Source of the DNA: an uncultured Haliscomenobacter sp. | GTDB taxonomy: Bacteria > Bacteroidota > Bacteroidia > Chitinophagales > Saprospiraceae | DNA: 36,161 nt | Reading direction: 5' to 3' | NCBI GenBank assembly: GCA_964527495.1 | Contig: CAZGOT010000002.1 | Span: 1,740 to 37,900 of the forward strand | Shown: positions 26,647 to 36,161 of the stretch, piece by piece | How the letters are laid out: each line of letters starts with the position of its first letter | Numbering within the stretch: position 1 is the stretch's first letter | The notes under the pieces: generated by a model | What the model saw: only the letters and a program-made list of their open reading frames with translations | The model's database searches: none | What the model was told of the DNA's origin: nothing | Made by a program: the position numbers and the translations under genes

Positions 26647-26651
26647 ATGGA

Positions 26652-27542
26652 TCAGTACGTCCAGAGATCTTGTTCGAAATTGAAAATATCGTTCTTGATC
26701 TTCTCTGACGCCATCAGGAGGTCGCGGCGGCTGGCGAATTTATCCTCCAGGCGTTCATCTTTCACATTGGAAGCCTTATAGATGTAGCTGGAGAAAAAGC
26801 GCTGTTCCAAAAGGTCTTCCCAGGATAGGGGACTGGCATCGTTCCCCTCATTGAATACCTGCTCGCGGGCAAGGTATTCACGGGCTTCGGGATAATAAAT
26901 CCAGAAGAGTGCTCCTTCGCCGACAACTTCCCCACTGCTGGTCCGCACCTGGGACACTGGCGCAATACCCAGGATGCGCACCTTCATCACTGAGGCCTCC
27001 TTGTCGAAGTAATAAATCTCTTTTATCCGGTAGCGCTCGACAGCCTTAGGATTGAAATCATTCTTGACAATCTTCTTAGAGACCTCAAAAGTTTCTGGAT
27101 TTACATAATCCACCGTATCGACTCTGTACAATTTGGAATAAAGCGTAGCGGTATCCAATTCTGTTTTAAAATCCTCTTCGCTAAAAGCCCGCAAAGGCGG
27201 CAGAGGGTTGTCGGGATCTTCCACGCCTTTTGTAATCATATCCAACATCACCTGGATCAAGGGCCTTTTTTCGTAAGCAAACGGCAGGTTCATTTTTTCG
27301 CGTACATCAATGATACGCCAGACCCGCCTTTTCCAGAAGACATCTGCTTCCCGGGGGGTATCATAAGCCAGGATACGGCGGGTAATCGTCGTCGTTTCCG
27401 TAATATCGTCCAGTGGGGCCGGGCGCAATTGCCGTCCCGACTCTGTCGTCATAATATTACCCGGCAACGATTGCGCTAAAGCAGGCCTGGTGAAAAAGGC
27501 TGCACTAAGGATAAGCACAAGGGATTTCCATGCAAATTTCAT
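26652..27542 (-). CDS. gldN: Gliding motility / T9SS protein GldN (PorN)
   Basis: The ATG at 27542 gives a signal-peptide-like MKFAWKSLVLILSAAFFTRPALAQ. The track start at 27566 is a TTG. It is the last gene of the gldKLMN order, and size and position fit GldN. Confidence 0.8.
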   Translation of the reverse strand: MKFAWKSLVLILSAAFFTRPALAQSLPGNIMTTESGRQLRPAPLDDITETTTITRRILAYDTPREADVFWKRRVWRIIDVREKMNLPFAYEKRPLIQVMLDMITKGVEDPDNPLPPLRAFSEEDFKTELDTATLYSKLYRVDTVDYVNPETFEVSKKIVKNDFNPKAVERYRIKEIYYFDKEASVMKVRILGIAPVSQVRTSSGEVVGEGALFWIYYPEAREYLAREQVFNEGNDASPLSWEDLLEQRFFSSYIYKASNVKDERLEDKFASRRDLLMASEKIKNDIFNFEQDLWTY

Positions 27543-27659
27543 TGGATATTGTGTTTTTATTACCAAAAGAACGGCAATTCCGTCTTAAAATTATAGAGCA
27601 ACATAGTTAAAAGGGATTTTTAACTTTTCCCTCTCAAGTTGCTCTAGCAACGGCTTTTA

Positions 27660-29264
27660 TTACCGGATTTTAAAGACCAGCGAATTGATTTTTCTTGTTC
27701 CCTCATCACCCGGACATTTTGCCCGCACGTTATCGAAAAAGTAGCGGTCGCCTGGCTTTGCCTTATTTATTTCCGCACGGGCTTCTGCACCAAACGATGC
27801 ACCAGGATTGCTGATATCTTTTGGGTCCTGACGGGGTGCCGCATAAATCAGGTTAAAACCTTGGATTGCGCAACGGGCATCAAAATCAAAATTTTCCAAA
27901 ATAGCCACTAAACCTGACTGGGCTTTAAACTCTCCGTTACCGATTTCGCCACCTGCCGAAGTACCCAATTTAGCGACCGGATCTGGTATGCGCTTGACCC
28001 TGAACTTGAAGGTAGTCGGAGGCAAGCCTTCCCCACTGACCACAATTTCGGCATCATTTGTTGGGGATTTCGCCGTAGCAATAAATTTTCCGAGACCATT
28101 GGGCTGCAGGGAAATACCGCCCCCATTAGCAGATACCCGCAACGTGTTGGTTGATACCCCCGAGGCAGCGACGGAAATCGGGTTATCCACGCCGATATAG
28201 AAAACATTCATTTTATCTGCGGAGACCGTTACACTGCGGCGGCCCACTTCGTATTCGAAGACCTTGGAATAGGTTTCCCGCTTTTTGGTCGTCGGATTGG
28301 TGAGCGACACATCCACCTTATACGTCCTCAGGCCAGTATTCGAAGAACCTGCGGTATATTTTGCCACGCCATTTTCTACCTTTAGCGGACGGCCATCAAC
28401 GCTTATAACTACGTTGTCGGTAATAGACTTGGAGCTGGCGCCGACGGATATTTCGGACTCATAATTTTCCCCGGCGATGATATAGCTTTTCCTTGCAGAA
28501 GAAATCGGAATAAACTGGTCCACTTTGAACGTAGTTGCCCCTACCTGTCCGACAAGATAATTGAGGATGGCAGCCTCTGAACTCTTCATATCGTTCTGGA
28601 TCTTGGTCAGGAGCGGGAAGACCGAAGCGAGGGGCATTTGGTTGAACGTATAAGAAGCCCAGTCAATATTCTTATTTTTCTTTTGGGCCGACTTATCTCT
28701 TTTCCATGTATCGTCTACCTTCAGGGAGATACTTCTTTCCAGTTCGGCTACCGTTTCTGCCGTAATTGCGGTACCTGGGGTACCAATCTGGGAGCGCATG
28801 AGCTTCACCAGTTTTTCCCTGGTTTCGTTGATGCGCTGCTCCAACTCTGCCCCCTTGCCTTCGTTTACCAGATAGCGGGTAGTGATATCTTTATTTTTCA
28901 TCCCCTTAGGCTGGCCAGCGTGTTCTTCATCCTCCTCAGCAGTATAATAGCCGCCAGTTTCATTTACCATAGCAGCGCGGAGAGATTCCACATAAGCGTT
29001 GAAATCTGTAGCCGTACTTTTTGTTTCCTGGGCGGCTTTAAGCAGAGGCTGGTAGCGCTCGGCGTCCTGTTCCACACTTTTAGCGAGCGAAGACAGCGCG
29101 AATGCATTCGATTTGTCGAAGATTTCGTTACTGTTCTTGATGCCTCTGTCAATCACGAAAAAGGCATTGATAATTTTGGCAGAAACATTGAGGGCCAGCA
29201 TGGCAGTCAATACCAGATACATGAGGTTGATCATTAACTGCCGGGGCTCCTTTGGAATGGACAT
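27660..29264 (-). CDS. gldM: Gliding motility / T9SS protein GldM (PorM)
   Basis: The N-terminus MSIPKEPRQLMINLMYLVLTAMLALNVS matches the conserved GldM start (..PRQKMINLMYLV..). An alternative upstream ATG at 29312 would add 16 aa. Confidence 0.85.
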   Translation of the reverse strand: MSIPKEPRQLMINLMYLVLTAMLALNVSAKIINAFFVIDRGIKNSNEIFDKSNAFALSSLAKSVEQDAERYQPLLKAAQETKSTATDFNAYVESLRAAMVNETGGYYTAEEDEEHAGQPKGMKNKDITTRYLVNEGKGAELEQRINETREKLVKLMRSQIGTPGTAITAETVAELERSISLKVDDTWKRDKSAQKKNKNIDWASYTFNQMPLASVFPLLTKIQNDMKSSEAAILNYLVGQVGATTFKVDQFIPISSARKSYIIAGENYESEISVGASSKSITDNVVISVDGRPLKVENGVAKYTAGSSNTGLRTYKVDVSLTNPTTKKRETYSKVFEYEVGRRSVTVSADKMNVFYIGVDNPISVAASGVSTNTLRVSANGGGISLQPNGLGKFIATAKSPTNDAEIVVSGEGLPPTTFKFRVKRIPDPVAKLGTSAGGEIGNGEFKAQSGLVAILENFDFDARCAIQGFNLIYAAPRQDPKDISNPGASFGAEARAEINKAKPGDRYFFDNVRAKCPGDEGTRKINSLVFKIR

Positions 29265-29416
29265 AGTCTGGAATTTTTCGGTTGAAAAAATAAGGGTGCG
29301 ACTACCTGCCATGCAAAATCTTTTTTCAGGACCCCTGATGCGCAGATTTTGCTAATCCGTGGATTAAGCGAGGTAGTTGCGGTGTATTAACTGAGGCGAA
29401 AAAAGAAAGATCAGAA

Positions 29417-30049
29417 TTAACCCTGCTTGCTTACACTGGCCATTGCAGCAATTACGCCGCCATAGACATTGTTCAAGGTAGCATAGCTGTTGTTGAGGCG
29501 ACCGATGTTCTTGTTCAACTCGCTCAGGTGATCTTTATAGACTTTAGTCTCCTCCACTGAATCCTGGAGATCGGCCATTGCTTCGTTGAGCTTGGAATAA
29601 AAATTGGTCATAGCCTTGAGCTGGTCTTTTGTACCGGAGAAGTCAACCTCCTGGAGTGCCTTCAGTGAAGAAAGGCTTTTGGACATGACCTGGAGCTCGG
29701 AAAGCATACCGCCGAGTTGTTGTTCTACCACTTCGCCATTGAGCTGTGGTACGGAAGATTTTGCCGTTTCGGCGATACCAACAGGTGCATTGGTCAGTGG
29801 CTCGATAGGCAGGTTGTACTTATCCAGGCCGGGATACAATTTTTCCCAGTAGTAATCCTTCTCGGGGCCGATAATGCCTAAGAAGAAGAACAAGATAGCT
29901 TCTGTAATCATACCTCCGGTCAGCATTTCATCTGCGTAGGGCCAGGACTGGATTTTGAAGAGTGCCCCCAGAAGGACGACTGACGCGCCGACGCCGATCA
30001 AAAGATTTTTGAAGTACTTGAAACCTGCAGATTTTACAAAATTTGCCAT
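29417..30049 (-). CDS. gldL: Gliding motility / T9SS protein GldL (PorL)
   Basis: 210 aa with two N-terminal TM helices (LLIGVGASVVLLGALFKI, GGMITEAILFFFLGII) and a coiled C-terminus. It lies between gldK and gldM. Confidence 0.85.
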   Translation of the reverse strand: MANFVKSAGFKYFKNLLIGVGASVVLLGALFKIQSWPYADEMLTGGMITEAILFFFLGIIGPEKDYYWEKLYPGLDKYNLPIEPLTNAPVGIAETAKSSVPQLNGEVVEQQLGGMLSELQVMSKSLSSLKALQEVDFSGTKDQLKAMTNFYSKLNEAMADLQDSVEETKVYKDHLSELNKNIGRLNNSYATLNNVYGGVIAAMASVSKQG

Positions 30050-30167
30050 TTTATACGGTATTTAGTGGGTTAGCAAATGAATTTGCCGATTGAAAAAATG
30101 TATTTATGCGAAAGGATATTGTGCCGGGGGCACAATATCCTTAATTTTTTTGACCAGACCAGACGGA

Positions 30168-31433
30168 TCAGAAATCGTTAACGGACCTGCCGAGGAAGGT
30201 CAGTACACAACGGAAGCCGATATATGCTTTTGTAGTATCCTGATATTCCCAGTCACGGGTACCTGTTTGGAGGAAGTATTGAATATCCTTCCAGGAGCCC
30301 CCGCGCACTACTTTGCGCTTATTGGCCTTATTCTCTTCATCCTGTGCATTATAGGTGTAGTTGGGGTTCAGGTCGCTCATGAAAGCGTAAAAATTTTCGT
30401 GGTAAGCACTGTTGGTCCACTCAGAAACGTTGCCCGACATATTATACAAGCCATAATCATTGGGGAAATACGCATCTGCTTTAACCGTATACAAGCCACC
30501 ATCTTCGGGATAATCCCCACGGCCAGGTTTAAAATTAGCCAGGAGGCAACCTTTTGCATTGCGGATATAAGGACCTCCCCAGGGATAAGGGGCAAGTTCA
30601 TGGCCCCCGCGGGCCGCATATTCCCATTCGTGTTCAGAGGGCAGGCGAAAATCTTCTGAATTGACCACTGATTTGCCCCCTCCCTGTGCGGAAAGGTACA
30701 AATGCGTACGCCAATGGGTAAAAGCCTTAGCCATGGCCCAGTTGACGCCAACGACGGGGTAATCGTCATAAGCGGGATGGGAAAAATACTGGCGGGCCAT
30801 CGGCTCATTATAAGAATATGCAAAGTCGCGGATCCAGACCAACGTATCCGGATAGATGTTCACCGATTCTTTCTCTGTGAACTCCTTGATTTTGGGCGCA
30901 TTTTTATCATTAGCGCTGCGGCGTGGCGCAACAGCGGCCTTTTCCCAGTTAAACCATTCGTATTCATAGATAAACTTGCTGACATCCAACAGTTTTCTAC
31001 CCAGGAATAAGTCTCCGTCGGCGAGGTACAGCTCCTCAAGCTCATCGGATTCCCAGTCAATTCGGGTTTTCCAGTCCAGGCGTTTTCCATCTGGATCATC
31101 CGGATCTCGTAAATCGGGCAGGAGGTTGCGGGCCAGCGAATCCCGGACCCACTCTACGAACTGCCGGTATTCATTATTGGTGATTTCCGTTTCGTCCATA
31201 TAAAAGCCCTGGATAGAAATTTGCTTGGGTCTTTGGACATAGGTGCTATTCACATCCTGGTCACTTGGGCCGACCATTAGGGTACCGGAGGGCACATAAA
31301 CCATACCAAAGGGATTGATAGGGGACCAGGAGGGGCGGTCCAGCGCGCCAGTGAGCTCACCATTTTCCTGACTGCCGCAGGAATAAAGGGAGAAAAGCAA
31401 AATAACCAGCGAGGACTTAAGTACGTTTTTCAT
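30168..31433 (-). CDS. gldK: Gliding motility / T9SS lipoprotein GldK (PorK), FGE-sulfatase fold
   Basis: Lipoprotein signal MKNVLKSSLVILLFSLYSCGS. Formylglycine-generating-enzyme-like motifs are present (YGLYNMSGNVSEWT, RGGSWKD). Confidence 0.9.
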   Translation of the reverse strand: MKNVLKSSLVILLFSLYSCGSQENGELTGALDRPSWSPINPFGMVYVPSGTLMVGPSDQDVNSTYVQRPKQISIQGFYMDETEITNNEYRQFVEWVRDSLARNLLPDLRDPDDPDGKRLDWKTRIDWESDELEELYLADGDLFLGRKLLDVSKFIYEYEWFNWEKAAVAPRRSANDKNAPKIKEFTEKESVNIYPDTLVWIRDFAYSYNEPMARQYFSHPAYDDYPVVGVNWAMAKAFTHWRTHLYLSAQGGGKSVVNSEDFRLPSEHEWEYAARGGHELAPYPWGGPYIRNAKGCLLANFKPGRGDYPEDGGLYTVKADAYFPNDYGLYNMSGNVSEWTNSAYHENFYAFMSDLNPNYTYNAQDEENKANKRKVVRGGSWKDIQYFLQTGTRDWEYQDTTKAYIGFRCVLTFLGRSVNDF

Positions 31434-31647
31434 ATTTACTTCTGAGTTTTCCTTCAGATTTAATCCGGGCTTTAAAAAAGCGCCGTAAATATAGATGGTT
31501 TCGAAAATTTTAAAAAGTAAAGCTGAGAAAATGCGGCCAGACCGTCAGGATTTAGGTTGAAAAGGCAAATTGCTAACGCAATCCGGGCAAAACTTATTAT
31601 CAAAAAAGGATATAAAGTTTGAGAATCCCTGCGCAAAAACCAGGTTC

Positions 31648-32613
31648 CTACAAATTACGGGGGTTATAAATGATAGGTGGTAGCCGGAGGCGTCCCAGGA
31701 TTTTAGGCAGGGCATAGGTAAGCAGCAGTTCATGGGAACCGCTACTGGCCTGCTGTAAAGGCGAAAGGGTCCAGTCCCAGGCATAAGCGAGGCGAAGTTT
31801 TTCACTGAGTTGAAAACCGGCGATGAAAGCAAGGGCATCGAGGCTGTCGGAATCATATCCCCTTAACGAAGCACCAACAGATATATTTTGTTTGTATTGA
31901 AAAATCAATGCTAAATCTGTTTGCACCTGTGTACGATCCCCCCGGGCCCAAAGCGCCGATTGGGCGGCAAAAGTAGGGGAAAGTTCAATATTATAGGTAG
32001 CATTAGCAAAAAAAACCGGGATCTCCGACCACTGGAAAGTACCCATACCTATCCCGGGGCGATTGACATTTGACAGTGCAAACCCCACTTCAAAGCGTGG
32101 GCTATAGTAATATACGCCAGCTTCCAATACCAGTGCGGCCCCCTGCATCCTGCCCAGCGTGAGCAAAGCGTCGCGGTGATCGGCAAAATTATCCAGGTAG
32201 CTGCCCTCCGGCGTCCGTAGTTTACTCCCATCAAGAATCCGTCGCACTATTCCCGCCCCAACGCCCATTCCCAGCACGCCCTCCCCCAGGGGAAGTTGGT
32301 AATTATAGGCAATCAGGGCACGCAGACTTTGAGCCGCTCCTAAAGCATCATTTTCCATTTTCAATCCTAGCCCACCACCGAGGATTTCAAAAGGGGCATG
32401 GAAATTGACTACCTGGGTTACCGGAGCGCCCTCCAGTCCAGTCCACTGGAGTCGCGCCCCCAGGCTTGCCCCAGCTTTACCCTGTATGCCTGCAAACGCA
32501 GGGTTCCACTGAAATGGGTTCAACAGCCCCAAGCTCGATTGGGTAGCCTGCTGTGCCCCTACAAGAACAGGCATCATTAAAACTAAGGAAAGTATTCCGG
32601 TAAGGCTATACAT
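31648..32613 (-). CDS. porP: PorP/SprF family type IX secretion outer-membrane protein
   Basis: The ATG at 32613 gives MYSLTGILSLVLMMPVLVGAQQ followed by LNPFQWNPAFAG, the characteristic PorP/SprF N-terminal motif. It sits directly upstream of gldK, as in porP-porKLMN clusters. Confidence 0.75.
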   Translation of the reverse strand: MYSLTGILSLVLMMPVLVGAQQATQSSLGLLNPFQWNPAFAGIQGKAGASLGARLQWTGLEGAPVTQVVNFHAPFEILGGGLGLKMENDALGAAQSLRALIAYNYQLPLGEGVLGMGVGAGIVRRILDGSKLRTPEGSYLDNFADHRDALLTLGRMQGAALVLEAGVYYYSPRFEVGFALSNVNRPGIGMGTFQWSEIPVFFANATYNIELSPTFAAQSALWARGDRTQVQTDLALIFQYKQNISVGASLRGYDSDSLDALAFIAGFQLSEKLRLAYAWDWTLSPLQQASSGSHELLLTYALPKILGRLRLPPIIYNPRNL

Positions 32614-32698
32614 GGAAAGGCATTTTGCCAAATTTTTTCCATTGGCATTATCTAACCACCTGAAAAGAACCGATATTTTTTTCCACATAGCATTAGGT

Positions 32699-34786
32699 TT
32701 ATCCAGCAACAGAAGCGGAATCCTTTTCTATCCAGGAAGGCTTCAACTCTGCCAGGGCAGCTTCGGCATTATCAACCGGCATCCTGCAGGTAAAATCCTT
32801 ACATATATATATACGTGTGTGCACAGGGTTCTCCCGGCCGGCAAGCAAGCGAAAATCGGAAACGGGTTTTTCCGCTGCCATGATTTCAACATTCGGCAGA
32901 TACTGTTCCTGCAGGGCGATGGCGGTACTCCCAGCATCCGGACCCGTAACCGCTACCTCGAAAGGCGGGTAAACAACCCGGCACGCCACACTGGCCCAAC
33001 GTGGGAAGGACGAAGGAAATCGCTCCATACTGTCCTTTATCCTGGCCAGCATTTCTACTGCAAGCTCCTTGTACCCCTGTTCGCCCAGTAAAGTGCCCAG
33101 CCTAAACAGGTTCATGGCCATAGTGGCATTACCAGAGGGCGTGGCGTTGTCAAAAAGTTCTTTTTTGCGCAATACGAGATCTGACTGAGCTTCGGATGTA
33201 AAATAAAACAATTTTGATTCGCTATCGTAAAAATTTTGCAGGACATAAGTTAAATAAGCTTGTGCCTGCCTAAGGTAAAATGGGTTAAACGTAATGGAAT
33301 AAACTTCCAGCAGGGCCTCTATCAGACAGGCATAATCGTCCAGAAAAGCATCATACTGGGCCCTTCCGCCATCAGAAGTCGCAGAATATGTGTGGTAAAG
33401 ACCGCGCCCATCCGGTTTCTGAAAGCAGGTCAGCAGGAAGTTGACATTGCGCTCGGCCGTATCCCGGTAGCGCAGGTCGCCCAAGGCGAGGAATGCCCTA
33501 GCATAGGCCTTACACATCATAGCGTTCCAGTCGAGCAGGAATTTGCTGTCCAGCCCGGGGCGCTGCCGCTTTGCCCTTCGCAGAAAAAGGACCTGTCGGG
33601 CAGCCTGAAGCCGGTTTCGGAGTTCTTCCGTTGGCATTTCCCTGGAAGCAGCAAATTCGTCCAGGGCAAGCGGACACCATAATATATTACTCCCTTCCCA
33701 GTTGCCTTCTGGCGAAGCTCCATAGAAATCGCAGAATAATCCGGCCTCCGCACCGAGGGCCTCATGGAGTTATGACCATGTCCAAATATAAAACAGGCCC
33801 TCGTGGCCTCCGGAATCTGCATCAAGCGCCGAGTAAAACCCACCTTCAGGCCCGGTCATCTCCCTCTGCACAAAAGCAAGCGTTTCCGCCAGGATCTCTG
33901 CATAAAAAGCATCCCGCGTATATCGGTACATATCGGACAAAAGCGCTGCCAGTAGGGCATTATCATACAGCATTTTCTCGAAATGAGGTATAAGCCACCC
34001 AGTGTCAGTAGCATAGCGGGCAAATCCCCCGCCTAACTGGTCGTAAATACCGCCCCGGGCCATTTTTTTCAGGGAAAACCCCACATGATGAAGGGCCTCC
34101 ATATTACCTGAATAAAAGTGGTACTCCAGCAAAAAAGCAAGCGACATGGTCAAGGGAAATTTCGGCGCACCCTCAAAACCACCTGAAACCCGGTCAAAAT
34201 TTTTCTCCAGTCCATAAAAAATATTGGATAGCAGCACAGGGTGCAGCCCGTCGGCAGGGTTTGCCGGCATAGCTGCCAGGAAAACCCCTTCCGATCCGGC
34301 AATATGCTGGGTAAGGCGGACTGCCTGCTCGACCACTACCTGCCTTTCCTCGGCATACAGTTGGGCAATCCGGTGCAGGAGCTGCATCCAGGAAGGGCGG
34401 TTGTATGCAGAACGCGGCGGATAATACGTCCCAGCAAAAAAAGGCCGACCATCCGGCAATAGAAAACAATTCAAAGGCCAGCCACCGGAACCATTAATAA
34501 CCTGGCAGGCCTCCATATGTATTTGATCAACATCCGGCCTTTCTTCCCGATCAACCTTAATATTGATAAAATGCCGGTTCATGAATTCCGCCACAGCAGC
34601 ATCTTCAAAACTTTCCCTTTCCATGACGTGGCACCAATGGCAGGTGGAGTACCCGATGCTTACAAGAATCGGTTTCCCCTCCGCACGCGCCCGCTCAAAG
34701 GCCTCCGGTTTCCAGGCGTACCAGTTTACCGGATTGTGTGCATGCTGCAGTAAATATGGACTTGTTTCGAATTGCAGGCTGTTCAT
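32699..34786 (-). pseudogene. Thioredoxin-domain protein of the YyaL/DUF255 (SPATA20-like) family, interrupted by one in-frame TAA
   Basis: ORFs 33770..34906 and 32699..33637 are in the same frame. Reading through the TAA at 33770-33772 gives the continuous sequence ...[65 protein letters not shown]... The N-terminal part carries [17 protein letters not shown] and [10 protein letters not shown]. The likely start is ATG 34786 or 34804. Confidence 0.8.
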
Positions 34787-35010
34787 CACTTCAGAAATAG
34801 ACATTATTAAACCCACAAAAGCCAAAACAGTTGACCAACCCTTTGCCCGGTACAGAAAAAATCTTTTCAAAAAAAATAAAACATTTTTTGTTTTTATTAT
34901 TTGCAATTAACATTTTTTGTTTTATTTTTGTGTCATACAAGGGGGATCAAAAGCATAAAAGCACCCGAGAGGTCCCCTTTTTGGTCCATAACACTGGAAA
35001 AAAGTGCAAC

Positions 35011-35793
35011 ATGAAAACAAACAGCAATCACTGGACAGACAGCAGCGGCACTGCGGGGCGTCGGAACACCGGATCAGGGTCGCTGTCCAAGCCTTATCAC
35101 GACCCGGAGGGTTTTTCCCTATTGAAAGCGATAAGGCGGTTTTTTCTCGGCATCCAGCAGATTTGGGTCGCCATACGGTATTATTTTTTCTTCCGGCACG
35201 CCCAGCTTGTAAGGTTTCAGCAAAAAACCTGGGTTCGGTTAACGGTTCTTGCCCTGGTATTTCTTTATGTATTCGGCAGAGAGGGTACTGGCTTTTCCAC
35301 CAAGGGACTTTTTTCAGGTCCCGGTGCGGGAGAGGAGCGAATGGGTATGGCACAACCCGTAACACTCCTTGAGGAAGATGCCTTTTTCAGCAGTGCGGGC
35401 ATACGTCAATTGGATGACCAAAAAGTCCGGCAATATATCAGGCGTTTCAATAAAATTGCACGTCTGGAAGCACAGCGGTATGGTATTCCGGCAAGTGTGT
35501 TACTCGCTCAGGCCATTAGCGAGAGTTGGGCAGGGGACCATCCTGCTGCCAGGGAAAGCAACAATCATTTTGGTCGGATTTTTTCAGATAAATCCTATTC
35601 CAGTGCTTGGGAAAACTGGAGGGCACATAGCATCTGGATGACGAGGAAATACCCGGAAATGCTCCGTCAAAACAAGGATTACGAAGGCTGGGCAAAAGTG
35701 CTCCAGCAATCCGGCTATAGTTTACAGAGGCGATATGCCAAAACCTTAGTGGGGATTATCGAGAAATACCATCTCTATACCCTGGATGAATAA
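35011..35793 (+). CDS. Glucosaminidase-domain protein (FlgJ/mannosyl-glycoprotein endo-beta-N-acetylglucosaminidase-like)
   Basis: The C-terminal half RYGIPASVLLAQAISESWAGDHPAARESNNHFG resembles the glucosaminidase (GH73-like) motif. I prefer the ATG at 35011, because the track start at 34831 overlaps the divergent upstream gene. Confidence 0.7.
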   Translation: MKTNSNHWTDSSGTAGRRNTGSGSLSKPYHDPEGFSLLKAIRRFFLGIQQIWVAIRYYFFFRHAQLVRFQQKTWVRLTVLALVFLYVFGREGTGFSTKGLFSGPGAGEERMGMAQPVTLLEEDAFFSSAGIRQLDDQKVRQYIRRFNKIARLEAQRYGIPASVLLAQAISESWAGDHPAARESNNHFGRIFSDKSYSSAWENWRAHSIWMTRKYPEMLRQNKDYEGWAKVLQQSGYSLQRRYAKTLVGIIEKYHLYTLDE

Positions 35794-35830
35794 TATAGTG
35801 ATTTCCTTTCCTGATTGGTCTATATCTTCC

Positions 35831-35865
35831 GGAGGGCGCAGGATTGTGCCCTCCCTTTTTATTTT
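35831..35865 (+). terminator. Rho-independent terminator of the glucosaminidase-domain gene
   Basis: ggagggcgc-aggatt-gtgccctcc stem (9 bp, one G-T) followed by ctttttatttt. Confidence 0.7.
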
Positions 35866-35982
35866 GTCGGCATTTGGTATGGATCCATCCGGTAGAAATC
35901 TGCAGAAACTTTATCTTTGCGCCGCTTGTTTTGCCTTGAGTGTGCCAAAAGAGGCAGAAATATTTGCAAGCCACCAAAACAT

Positions 35983-36161
35983 ATTTTTGAAAAGGCTTTT
36001 TGAAAAGTCTGAGGTTGTGTAAAAAGTATTTCGGGGTTGTGTAAAAAGCCCCCGGCTTTTCATTTGGCGACTTGCGCCGCCAAATGTTATTTTAAAGAGG
36101 CTGTCGCATTAGTGTTCTGCCGCCTTCAGCGGCAGAATAAAATTTTTTCAGAGCGGCCTTT
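35983..36161 (+). repeat. Mosaic palindromic intergenic repeat, locus 11 (two A boxes, S, B1, then an inverted variant-B2 unit; truncated by the window end)
   Basis: A boxes at 36010-36025 and 36032-36047. cccccggcttttcaTTTGGCGACttgcGCCGCCAAAtgttattttaaa at 36048-36095 is almost identical to 6605-6652. TTCTGCCGCcttcaGCGGCAGAA at 36113-36135 is the inverse of the unit at 7911-7932. Confidence 0.88.

Noticed and set aside
33517-33843. A frameshift, with ORF 33517-33843 bridging the two YyaL-like ORFs.
   Set aside because: Codon-phase arithmetic shows both large ORFs are in the same frame. Direct translation through 33770-33772 is colinear with the family, so the lesion is a single nonsense codon. 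The bridging ORF is out of frame and spurious.

Overview
This 36-kb window looks like a chromosomal segment of a Bacteroidota-type genome. That is inferred from the porP-gldK-gldL-gldM-gldN type IX secretion/gliding cluster and a compact ~288-aa primary sigma factor. I support about 31 protein-coding genes, mostly housekeeping: cmk, a nucleoside phosphorylase, fsa, rpoD, pnp, rpsO, etfB/etfA, a SAM methyltransferase, a DUF2027/Smr protein, a patatin-like lipase, a HAD phosphatase, a GltD-like/PFOR/DHOD-like redox cluster, an Upf1-like SF1 helicase, the T9SS core and a glucosaminidase-domain protein. I saw no rRNA, tRNA, CRISPR array, transposase or integrase. The main non-coding signal is a modular, nested-palindromic repeat family that fills 11 intergenic loci, including nearly every long spacer (roughly 1.7 kb in total). 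Its parts are a 16-nt box GGGGTTGTGTAAAAAG and its inverse, two distinct GC-rich hairpins, and a long central hairpin. The central hairpin sequence differs between copies, yet its two arms stay perfectly complementary. The best-conserved module has the same strand orientation in all 9 copies. I cannot test novelty without database searches. Secondary observations are: PFOR flanked by the two halves of a dihydropyrimidine-dehydrogenase-like flavoprotein; a single in-frame TAA splitting an otherwise intact YyaL/DUF255-type gene; a translationally coupled lipoprotein-Smr pair followed by patatin; an Arg/Asp repeat tail on PNPase; and a long structured rpsO-pnp spacer.
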